This document shows positions 1-10,053 of a DNA stretch of 59,460 nt, in pieces. Origin of the DNA: Octopus bimaculoides (taxonomy: Eukaryota). The position numbers and the translations under genes were made by a program. Where the stretch lies: assembly GCF_001194135.2 (NCBI RefSeq), contig NC_068986.1, forward strand, positions 45,017,130 through 45,076,589. Reading direction: 5' to 3'. Under the pieces are notes generated by a model. It was not told the DNA's origin, made no database searches, and saw nothing but the letters and a program-made list of their open reading frames with translations. The stretch's first letter is position 1, and every line of letters begins with the position of its first letter.

Positions 1-62
1 ATACATACATACATACATACATACATATGTATATATATATGTATATATATATATATATATAT
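1..62. repeat. (ATAC)n/(AT)n microsatellite
   Basis: Directly visible; abuts a minus-strand SINE A 5' module. Confidence 0.95.
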
Positions 63-63
63 A

Positions 64-211
64 ACGGGCTTCTTTCACTTTCCGTCTACCAAATCTATTC
101 ACAAGGCATTTGTCGGCCCCGAGGCTATAGTAAAGACACTTGTCCAAAGTACCGTGCAGTGGGACTGAACCCAGAAACATGTGGTTGGGAAGCAAACTTA
201 TCACACAGCCA
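64..211 (-). mobile_element. SINE family A, 5' module (tRNA-like head plus CORE-like segment)
   Basis: Reverse complement reads GGCTGTGTGATAAGTTTGCTTCCCAACCAC...GGGTTCAGTCCC...CTTTGGACAAGTGTCTTTACTATAGCCTCGGGGCC...GGTAGACGGAAAGTGAAAGAAGCCCG; aligns with copies at 8948, 26242 and 45599. Confidence 0.85.
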
Positions 212-375
212 GCCCTGGGTCCAGAAGATTTTCTCAACCGTTTGCTCTTCATTAAGACAAAAGTTTTTATGTAAATATTGTTATTGTGGTTATCGGCAGG
301 ACCTATAAGGAACAGGTGAGCCGGCATATTGGTGTGTGTACAGATATGTGTATAGGAGGGTTTTTGTATTTATAT

Positions 376-568
376 TGTCTCACCTACCATAACTTGACAA
401 CTGGTGTTGGTTTGTTTACACCCTAGCAGTTTGGCAAAAAGACATCGACAGAATAATTACCAGACTTTTAAAAAAATAATTTTGTCGATTTGTTCGACTA
501 AGCCCTTCAAGGCGGTATCCCAGCATGGCTGCAGTCCAATGACTGAAACAAGTAAAAGACAAAAAGGT
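376..568 (+). mobile_element. SINE family A, 3' module
   Basis: TTGACAACTGGTGTTGGTTTGTTTAC...GTCGATTTGTTCGACTAAG...CAGCATGGCTGCAGTCCAATGACTGAAACAAGTAAAAG; same module in the 22184, 26242, 31335 and 36288 copies. Confidence 0.8.
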
Positions 569-3282
569 GAAGAACCACTCCTCTCTGTGGTGTCGATCGA
601 TCTATCGATCGCTTTGCCTAGAAACAGCAACCGATTTTCCTTCTAACCACAACTTACTATTTAAAAAATAAAATAAAATAAAAAATAAGAAGGAAGGCTA
701 CACCAGATAATGTCTCAGATAAACTACATTTGAATAAGTGGTGGATGTTCAGTTATCGTCATTGTTTGTAAGTTTGTTCAATCAGGCCAAACCAACAGCA
801 AGAAGCATCTACTATTGTCATGAACAAATCAACAAAGGAAAGTTGATATTGTCTTCAGTTCAGCTGATCAAGGACAATCCAACTGTGGCCGTCTCATTTT
901 TTCCCTGTGAGCAGGGAATCCGAGCCAACATTACCCAACGTATCTTTTTGTAAGAACGATGAGGGATGTAATTTGGGGGAAGATATGTCTCATATTTCTG
1001 GTAGTTTGAACAACCACGTTAGATAGAGACTGCTTTTTTGGCTTTCTCGACTTTTTAGAAATAACAACCAAATGCCACTGAAATCACATCCGACCAACTT
1101 AACTTGGGAAAGGCCACAGTGGATAATGTGGTTGTACATGACCTTAAAATGAAGAAATGGTTACAGTTGAAGCGCTTTTGATCACAGGTCGGCTCTGTGT
1201 TAAACGACGACGACTGCGGCGGCGGCTGTGTTTTCGATTAACTTGAGGCAAATCATTACAGGAATAAATCAAACAAAATCCGATGAAACTAGATGTATGT
1301 CTCTATTGGTAATTGTAGAATTTCATAAAGTGTAACAAATTATTTTGCTACGAAAAAATTTAGATTGAATTTGAAGTTTGGGCTAAGATTGTTCCCACCA
1401 TGTTATTAATTTTTCTGTGGATTTTTCCCACGTAAAATTCTATGTAAATCATACAGGATATTTTATAAGCGGATCTACAAATTTTTTCAGACATAAGTTA
1501 GAAAAGTAAGTATTGCTTGTTATGACTCAACTATTAGCTTCTGTGTACTTTTATTTTTACTATTTTTCCATGAAATCATTACGCTAATCTGATTTCTTCG
1601 AAATGACGGAAGATCTTTTTATATAATCGCTCGGTGTCCGGAAAAATAGATGCAATTTTTGCGAGGAAAAAAATGCCCCCTTTTATATAAATACTATAAA
1701 CAATTAAAGTAATAAAAAGTACTTTTAAGTCAGTTATTAACTGACGACACATGACTTGTACACAATTTACATATGATGGTATTACACATATGTGAAAAAA
1801 AATTTTTTTTATTCATTTTCATAAGCAAAATAAGACAATGAAACAAAAAATTTAAGTCAGTCATTTATTGACAATAAATGAGATGTACGGATTGAAAACA
1901 TTTTACATAGTATCGTAACATTACATGTATATTTAGTATATTTAATGTTAATTGATCACTAAGACGAATATTCCAGCCGACATCACGAAGAAACTTTGCC
2001 ATAGTCTTCTGGTTCTTCCGTGCCAACAAATATATTTTTATAGTGCTTTTTTTTTTTCAGTAAATGTTTTTTTCAGTGACTCTTTTTCTGTGATTTTTTT
2101 TTTTTGTGAATTTTTCTCTGGATCCAATCAAGAGATAGCAACCAAATCTCACCTCAAATTAATCCATCGTCTTAAAAAGAAAGAGAGTACCAGTACTGAA
2201 AAGAAAGAAAAATAAAGGTGGGAGGCGAAATGGTCACACCTAGAATGCGTAGAATCCTGACTTGATCAGTATTGACCTGGGGTGAACGATAATCTGATTT
2301 CCGTCTACCTCCTAACTTATTTCACTCACGTAAATAAATGCTCTTGAGTTAGTCTTGAACATATTTCATGTAACATCTTGTATTTCCTTTCAAAGGAAAA
2401 AAAAATGTATATTCAGAAATTGAAAGGTGGCTATAGAACAGGCAAAGAGAAACTTTTGGTGATATTCGTTCGGCTTGAAGTCTTACATCATTGAATTCAA
2501 ATATGACTTGGTTAGTTTTTGTCTTTTCTCTAATCCAGTATTGATAAAAAAAGCGATAATGTGCTGACCATTCCTGTGTTTTGCTGAGGAGGAGGAGGAG
2601 GAGGAGGATTTTCTTCTTCTTATTATTATTTCAGAAGGTAGTCCGCTTTGCCTTCCATACCTTCTCGTCCCAAGATGTCTGAAAGAGATACATACCAGTA
2701 ATCTACTGTAATCGATTCGGTCGATTCTTCCGCCTTCCATAAATAACGTCTTTTGTTCCTAGTTCAATATTCAGTGAAATTATCATAGTAATGTCACCAA
2801 CTTGGCACTGGCTTTTGCTTTCGGCTTACAATGTCTTTTTATTCATTTTAGCGCTCGTGGAATAATTAAAGAAAAAGAAAAGTCTCCTTATCTCAAAATA
2901 GATTGAGTAGAAGGAACCGATCAACCAATTTTAGTAATTAAGGTTAATAATGATTTACAGTTTTAATCAAGAATAAATAAAATTGTGTAAAACTGGGAAA
3001 TTTTTAGAACTCTAAACACTAGTTAACCTTTTCTGCTGCTTTGAGTGTCAAGTCAAAGAAAACTATCAAACGAGTTATTTTTTTGTTTTTTCGTTAATAG
3101 CTTTGAACAAGATTACATTTTAAAGAGAGGGAAAAAATGTTATTGAATTCGTAAAACACGTAACTCGTCGTCTTCTTGTTTCTAACTTCTTTTAACGAAA
3201 ATCATTTAGCTGTAAAGTTTCAGGCAAGATGAGGAAACAGCTTCACAGAATACAGTGTTTCCCACCTGCGTACTACTCTTGG

Positions 3283-3607
3283 CGAAGGCGCGTGGTTTAA
3301 TGGTTAGGTATAATCGGCTCACGAGCGTAAGGTCGTGATTTTCATTTCCGGTGGCGCGTCGTGTCCTTGAGAAAGACGCTTTATTTCGCGTTGCTCCTGT
3401 CCACTCAACTGACAAAAATGAGAAGTACCTGTAATTCGAAGAGCCAGCTTTGTCATCTTCTGCGTCACGCTGAATCAACCTAAGAACTACCTTAAGAGAT
3501 ACTCGTGTCTGTGGAGTGTTCGACCACTTACACATTAATTTCACGAGTAGGCTGTTCCGTTGATCGGATCAATTGGAACCGTTGTCGTCATAACAGACAG
3601 ATTGCCA
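3283..3607 (+). mobile_element. Old SINE with a CORE-like middle and the same 3' half as SINE C
   Basis: tRNA-like head CGAAGGCGCGTGGTTTAATGGTTAGG, then GTGTCCTTGAGAAAGACGCTTTATTT; from about 3435 it aligns to the SINE C 3' half (GTCACGCTGAATC...CTGTTCCGTTGATCGGATCAATTGGAACC...GCCA). Confidence 0.75.
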
Positions 3608-4143
3608 GTACCCTTAAAGCGTTTTTAATTGCTAAGGGGCAACAGTAGGAAAGTTCCATGGAGGCTGTTGCTAAGTTAGTTATGGGTCTGAACACTATGT
3701 AACGCTTCGGAAACAGGTTTCTGAGTAAAGACTGTCGCTAGGCAGTTACTGGTATGCACATGTATACAACACTTCGGAAAGCTTTGTCTTCAGTTGTTGC
3801 AAAATCAATTCCAGGTCCTGTTCTCTCTCCATTTCCTGAAGGGGGTGGGGTTCGTGTACTGCGAACACCTGTAAGTTAGAAACTCACCGAGAGCAGTAGC
3901 TCTTAGCTTGGCGTCTTCAACATTTACCACTTCAACATCAATAACTGTAACTTCTACTTCAGCCTCGATCCTATCACCACATAGACTCAATAGCGTTTAT
4001 CATATATTCCTAATAAGTTGTGAGCAAAAGAAGAAAGTTACCGAGTAACTACTTTTACATACCTAAAAGGAACTTTCATTAAAAGACACTGATGTTTTAT
4101 AGACATTAAGATATTAGTTCGGGATGATAAATTTATAAGCTAT

Positions 4144-4181
<38 letters not shown>

Positions 4182-4519
4182 NNNNNNNNNNNNNNNNNNN
4201 NNNNNNNNNNNNNNNNNNNNNNNNNNNNNNNNNNNNNNNNNNNNNNNNNNNNNNNNNNNNNNNNNNNNNNNNNNNNNNNNNNNNNNNNNNNNNNNNNNNN
4301 NNNNNNNNNNNNNNNNNNNNNNNNNNNNNNNNNNNNNNNNNNNNNNNNNNNNNNNNNNNNNNNNNNNNNNNNNNNNNNNNNNNNNNNNNNNNNNNNNNNN
4401 NNNNNNNNNNNNNNNNNNNNNNNNNNNNNNNNNNNNNNNNNNNNNNNNNNNNNNNNNNNNNNNNNNNNNNNNNNNNNNNNNNNNNNNNNNNNNNNNNNNN
4501 NNNNNNGAAAAAGGGAGGT

Positions 4520-5440
4520 GAATATCTGTGCGTGCGCGAGAGTCTGCAAGTGTTTGTGTAATAACAGAACGTGTGTGTGCGTATGTATGTATGTGTGTGT
4601 GCGTGGTTTGGTGGTTTATCTGTTAGTATGTATGTGTGTGTTTGTGTGTGTGTGACGTAGTGGAAGGAATTAGTAGCAGGAATAGTTAGTGGGTACTTAT
4701 GGACAATGGTCAGTGGAAGGTCATCAGGCAGTTTTTGAGTATGTGTGTATGCGTGTGTGCATGTGTGTACGTGTATGTGTTTGTGTATGTGAGAAGTGCG
4801 GGTGTGTATGTGTATGTGTGTGTTTATGTGTGCGTGCGTGCGTGAGAGCGTAAGGATGTGTGCCAGGTATGTGTGTTATTTTGTGTGTGCACTCCTGTCT
4901 GTGTGTGTGTGCGTATGTATGCGGCTGTGTATGTACGTGTATGTAGGCGTGCGCGTATATATGGGTGTGTGTGTGTGTAGGGCTGTGTAAGGTGTGTATC
5001 TCTACCACTGTGCGTGTGTGTGTGAGTATATATGTGCGTTCGTCTATATGTGTGTGTGAGGGCGCGCATGTATGTTTGTCATGTGTGTGGGCGGTATATA
5101 TGTAAGGTGTGTGGGAGGTGTATGTGTTAGGTGTATGTGAGGTATGTGTGAATGGGGGTATGTATGGGCTGTCAGGTGTGTGGGAGGTATGTGTGAATGG
5201 GGGTATATATGGGTTATGTGTGCAAGGGTGTGTATGCTTGGGTGTGTGTGTATGTTTGCGTGTTTGTTAGCGTGTGTGTATGCGCAAGTGTGCGTGTGTA
5301 TGTGCGTTTGTATAAGTGTGTGGGCGAATCTGAGCGTGTAAGTGCATGCATGTGTGTTGTGTGGTGTGTTGGGGGGGTAGGTGTGCTTACATGTGTGTGT
5401 ATGAGTGCGTGTATTTTTTGTGTGTGGGTATGTGTGCGTG
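4520..5440. repeat. Long degenerate (GT)n/(GTAT)n cryptic satellite
   Basis: About 900 bp of GT-alternating sequence; source of the HT- and VC-rich spurious ORFs. Confidence 0.95.
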
Positions 5441-5850
5441 NNNNNNNNNNNNNNNNNNNNNNNNNNNNNNNNNNNNNNNNNNNNNNNNNNNNNNNNNNNN
5501 NNNNNNNNNNNNNNNNNNNNNNNNNNNNNNNNNNNNNNNNNNNNNNNNNNNNNNNNNNNNNNNNNNNNNNNNNNNNNNNNNNNNNNNNNNNNNNNNNNNN
5601 NNNNNNNNNNNNNNNNNNNNNNNNNNNNNNNNNNNNNNNNNNNNNNNNNNNNNNNNNNNNNNNNNNNNNNNNNNNNNNNNNNNNNNNNNNNNNNNNNNNN
5701 NNNNNNNNNNNNNNNNNNNNNNNNNNNNNNNNNNNNNNNNNNNNNNNNNNNNNNNNNNNNNNNNNNNNNNNNNNNNNNNNNNNNNNNNNNNNNNNNNNNN
5801 NNNNNNNNNNNNNNNNNNNNNNNNNNNNNNNNNNNNNNNNNNNNNNNNNN

Positions 5851-6088
5851 CGAACGTCCCTTAGGTGTTCGGTGAAACGGTCGGCCAGCCGGCGGCCCGT
5901 CTGCCCCACGTATATTTTGTTGCATAGGTTGCATCTGATGCAGTAAATTAGGTTGGAGGAGGTGCAGGTGAAACTGTGTGGAACGTGAAGAGTGTGTAGG
6001 TTCGACCCTGTGACAGAGGTAGTGTTGGTGATGAAGGGGCAGGTGTGACAGCGGGATCTGGAGCACGGGAAGGAGCCGGGTGGGAGTA
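5851..6088 (-). mobile_element. Penelope-like retroelement fragment: Cys-rich linker plus GIY-YIG endonuclease (Neptune-type)
   Basis: Stop-free minus frame not in the ORF track: PPGSFPCSRSRCHTCPFITNTTSVTGSNLHTLHVPHSFTCTSSNLIYCIRCNLCNKIYVGQTGRRLADRFTEHLRDVR. It has IY...YVG, R-x-x-EH and an upstream C-x4-C-x2-C cluster, and runs into the gap at 5850. Confidence 0.9.
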
Positions 6089-8635
6089 AAATATAGAATC
6101 GGGATGTTGATTATTACAGAAGTCGAGAAAATTGGCAATTTCTAACAACTTCCAAATGTAGAGGCCACACAATTTAATTTAACTGACAAGGAGGACTATC
6201 GATCATTGATTGATACTATACACCCAAAACGAAACAGGCAATATATTGGTACTTCTGATAGCTTTTAATGTTTGGAATTTATGTATTGCAAGGCAAATTC
6301 AATAAAAGTAATAAACACATTATTTGAGTTATCTTACCAGTTGTGGTCAATGGATTTGTAGTAGCTCTGGAATAGAAATGGCACGAACATTTGTACTTTT
6401 ATATGTTGAGAGTTTCCCCATTTCGGTAGAAAAAAAAAAAAAAGTGTTTTTCTGTAGCAGAAGAAATCACTAATAAAAACTGTCTAGTAGACTTATTCGG
6501 GCTTTGCAAAAATTTCGTTACTGCTCCAATCCCCAATCCCTGTTTTACTTCATGACTTTCAAGTTATCGCATTTAAAAGATATTTTGAATAGTTGTTAAT
6601 GTATAGTGGAAAATTTTTTTAAAAAGGTGTCTGTGTATCGCCTATAGTTAGCTTTTATGCAGACGATTCGGGCCGAACAGACATTTGTCATTTAGGAATA
6701 TACACTGCTTAGCAATATAATATGAGTAGAGAACAGAAAATTACCTCGATCGTCATCTGGTCTACATTTGCTAATGGAAAAATTTTATAACGGTGAGTTT
6801 TGATTATAATGAAATTGAACCGGTAGCACAAGGTTTGCCAGAGAAGGCAAATCATTTAAACTAAACCCTGATCACACGTTTTCAATTGAAAGGCATACTG
6901 AACAGTATATGATGGTTCCACTCAGTAACTCTTTTGTACGAAAACCTGAAAGATTCATTAAGTAATGATGATGAGAATTTTCTAAGTTCTCCACTCATAA
7001 AATATTGATAAGCAGTGTATATAATCCTAAAGAATGTAGCTGACTACTTAGGAGATGATTAAATGCACTGTTGCACTATATCAATGAAGTGTGATAATTT
7101 GGATCAAATCGTCTTAGAAGCTTTCGGTTTGCTGCTACCAGCACACTCACACACACGCACACACCTTTGCTTAAGAAGGTTTAGAAATGTAAGGACATGC
7201 GACTGAGGAAATACTCGCTAACGATGAAACTCGATCAAGTACGTTCATGTATGCTTCCAAAACGCAAATTAGAGAATACGCTTAGATGTGTGCGCATTTT
7301 TGTGTACACAAAGTAGTCTACTATATTTTCTTCAATCCCTTTGTAAAGGCTTATTATCTAGAGTGATATTTTTCAGTTTTATATCTACTAAGGGCAGGTT
7401 ACGTATCAGCAGTGAGCATTTTTGTTAGCAAATAGGTGGTTAAAGCAACGACAGTCCAGTATCCAGGCAATCATATTTCCAGTGTTTCTCAAACGTTTTT
7501 TTTTTTGAGTATCACCCCACTCNNNNNNNNNNNNNNNNNNNNNNNNNNNNNNNNNNNNNNNNNNNNNNNNNNNNNNNNNNNNNNNNNNNNNNNNNNNNNN
7601 NNNNNNNNNNNNNNNNNNNNNNNNNNNNNNNNNNNNNNNNNNNNNNNNNNNNNNNNNNNNNNNNNNNNNNNNNNNNNNNNNNNNNTATATAACGGTTAGT
7701 TCTTCGTTGCAGTCGAGGCTCACCAATTGTAACGGCTGTTGTTATGGTGTTGGTTGCCAGTATGCAAGATGGAAGAAGAACAGTGATCGAAGTTGTAAAG
7801 TAGTATTTACTTACCGTTACTTTGTACATATCCAAAACCATGACGGGTTGGTATGTATAATTAGTAAATGGAAAAGCATGCGAGGTAAAAAAAAAAAGTT
7901 AATTTCGGCCGGTATGGTAATGTTACAGAGAAAAGAAAGTGAGAGTGGTGGGTCGAAACAACTGCTTCTTTGGTGAGTTACCATAGTTGTCCCATTGTGA
8001 TTTTCCTTCAGACTCGATTCTCACTCACTGACTTTGGTTTACGGAGTTCTTGTTTTTATAACTACCCAAACCCAGGCAGAAGGATGGGCATATTTGTTGA
8101 GAACAATAGATTTCGTTGGAGGTCTGTTGTCTCTATTCTAGCTTCTAGAAGAAGTTAGATGGGTCAAGTGGCGAAGATATTCACTCACAGAAAAACTATT
8201 GTTTTACTGAGAGAAAAGTGCTGTTGAACTGTTAAGTGAAATTTGGCGATCGAAGATCGAATCCATGCCTGCATGAAGCCACTACATCACTCCCCTTCCA
8301 GAGAGGTTCCGAGAAAAGGAAACGAAGAATAGGAAACGTCTTTCCACCAGCGATATGTAGAAAAACACTGCCAGAACAGGCGCTGATGGGACGATCAGCC
8401 AGTGTTAAAAAATAACTGCCAATGTAGAAAGTCAAACACGCTTTTAGATATTAGGTTTGATGTTGTTCACAATCCTTTTTGATGTTAAATATAATCCCAT
8501 TCAATCTAAAATTTTGATATTTCTTCCTATAATAATGCTGTTATATACAAAAGAGAAAGAAATTACAAAAAGAAGTACAAGTAACGCATTTACTGTACAC
8601 TGAAGCTACATCGAACACAATATACTGGTTTCATA

Positions 8636-8765
8636 TTTTGGCGCAAGGTCAGCAACGTCGAGGGTGTGGATAAGTCGATTACATCAACCCTATTACTTAA
8701 TTGGTACTTATTTTATCGACCTCGAAAAGATGAAAGGTAAAGTCGGCCTCGACAGGCATCGAACA
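8636..8765 (-). mobile_element. SINE family B, 3' part
   Basis: TAAGTCGATTACATCAACCC...GGTACTTATTTTATCGACCTCGAAAAGATGAAAGGTAAAGTCG aligns with the reverse complement of the 51926 copy. Confidence 0.8.
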
Positions 8766-8947
8766 ATATATTGCCAATGTGGAAATCACAGCAGCATATT
8801 GACTATTTTCGAGGAGCAATAGTTCTTTTGGGAAGTTACACAAGATTGCATTGTTTTGTACGAAAAATCCTTCAATAAATCTACAAACGAAATAGTACTT
8901 CTTTTAGTTTGCTGCCCTTCTGCTGTCCTGCAACAAAAGTCTTATCT

Positions 8948-9083
8948 AGGCGTGGTAAGAAGTTTGCTTCCCAATCACATGGTTCCGGGTTCGGTCTCTC
9001 TATGCGGCGCCTTGGACAAGCGACTTCTACTATAACCTCGAGGGAGTGGATTTGGAAGTCGGAAACTGAAAGAATCCTGTCGT
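8948..9083 (+). mobile_element. SINE family A, 5' module
   Basis: GTGGTAAGAAGTTTGCTTCCCAATCACATGGTTCCGGGTTCGG...GGAAACTGAAAGAATCCTGTCG followed by (TA)n and a gap. Confidence 0.85.
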
Positions 9084-9791
9084 GTATATATATATATATA
9101 TATNNNNNNNNNNNNNNNNNNNNNNNNNNNNNNNNNNNNNNNNNNNNNNNNNNNNNNNNNNNNNNNNNNNNNNNNNNNNNNNNNNNNNNNNNNNNNNNNN
9201 NNNNNNNNNNNNNNNNNNNNNNNNNNNNNNNNNNNNNNNNNNNNNNNNNNNNNNNNNNNNNNNNNNNNNNNNNNNNNNNNNNNNNNNNNNNNNNNNNNNN
9301 NNNNNNNNNNNNNNNNNNNNNNNNNNNNNNNNNNNNNNNNNNNNNNNNNNNNNNNNNNNNNNNNNNNNNNNNNNNNNNNNNNNNNNNNNNNNNNNNNNNN
9401 NNNNNNNNNNNNNNNNNNNNNNNNNNNNNNNNNNNNNNNNNNNNNNNNNNNNNNNNNNNNNNNNNNNNNNNNNNNNNNNNNNNNNNNNNNNNNNNNNNNN
9501 NNNNNNNNNNNNNNNNNNNNNNNNNNNNNNNNNNNNNNNNNNNNNNNNNNNNNNNNNNNNNNNNNNNNNNNNNNNNNNNNNNNNNNNNNNNNNNNNNNNN
9601 NNNNNNNNNNNNNNNNNNNNNNNNNNNNNNNNNNNNNNNNNNNNNNNNNNNNNNNNNNNNNNNNNNNNNNNNNNNNNNNNNNNNNNNNNNNNNNNNNNNN
9701 NNNNNNNNNNNNNNNNNNNNNNNNNNNNNNNNNNNNNNNNNNNNNNNNNNNNNNNNNNNNNNNNNNNNNNNNNNNNNNNNNNNNNNNNNNN

Positions 9792-10053
9792 TCCCAGACC
9801 GGACGTTGTGAGTGTTCATTGACCGAAAACACCTAAAGCTCCATGAGGCTCCGGCAACGGATGGTGGCGAACCCTGCTGTACTCTTTCACCACAATTTTC
9901 TCTCACTCTTACTTCCTGTTTCTGTTGTGCCTGTAATTCAAAGGGTCAGCCTTGTCACACTGTGTCACGCTGAATATCCCCGAGAACTACGCAAAGGGTA
10001 CACGTGTCTGTGGAGTGCTCAGCCACTTGCACGTTAATTTCACGAGCAGGCTG
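9792..10053 (+). mobile_element. SINE family C, partial
   Basis: Near-identical to 58567-58953; 5' end lost in the gap, 3' end missing after CACGAGCAGGCTG. Confidence 0.9.

Noticed and set aside
790-1180. Possible decayed Tc1 transposase (KKHLLLS, LIFS, VIWG, DNVVVH...KKWL in mixed frames)
   Set aside because: Motifs are scattered over three frames with stops, and no TIRs were found; too weak to call.
6740-6946. Minus-strand acceptor/donor pair with a CDQGLV peritrophin-like hint
   Set aside because: All three frames contain stops.
7720-7850. Two strong minus-strand donors (ACG|GTAAGT and TTG|GTGAGC) with a Thr-rich frame
   Set aside because: No usable upstream AG acceptor.
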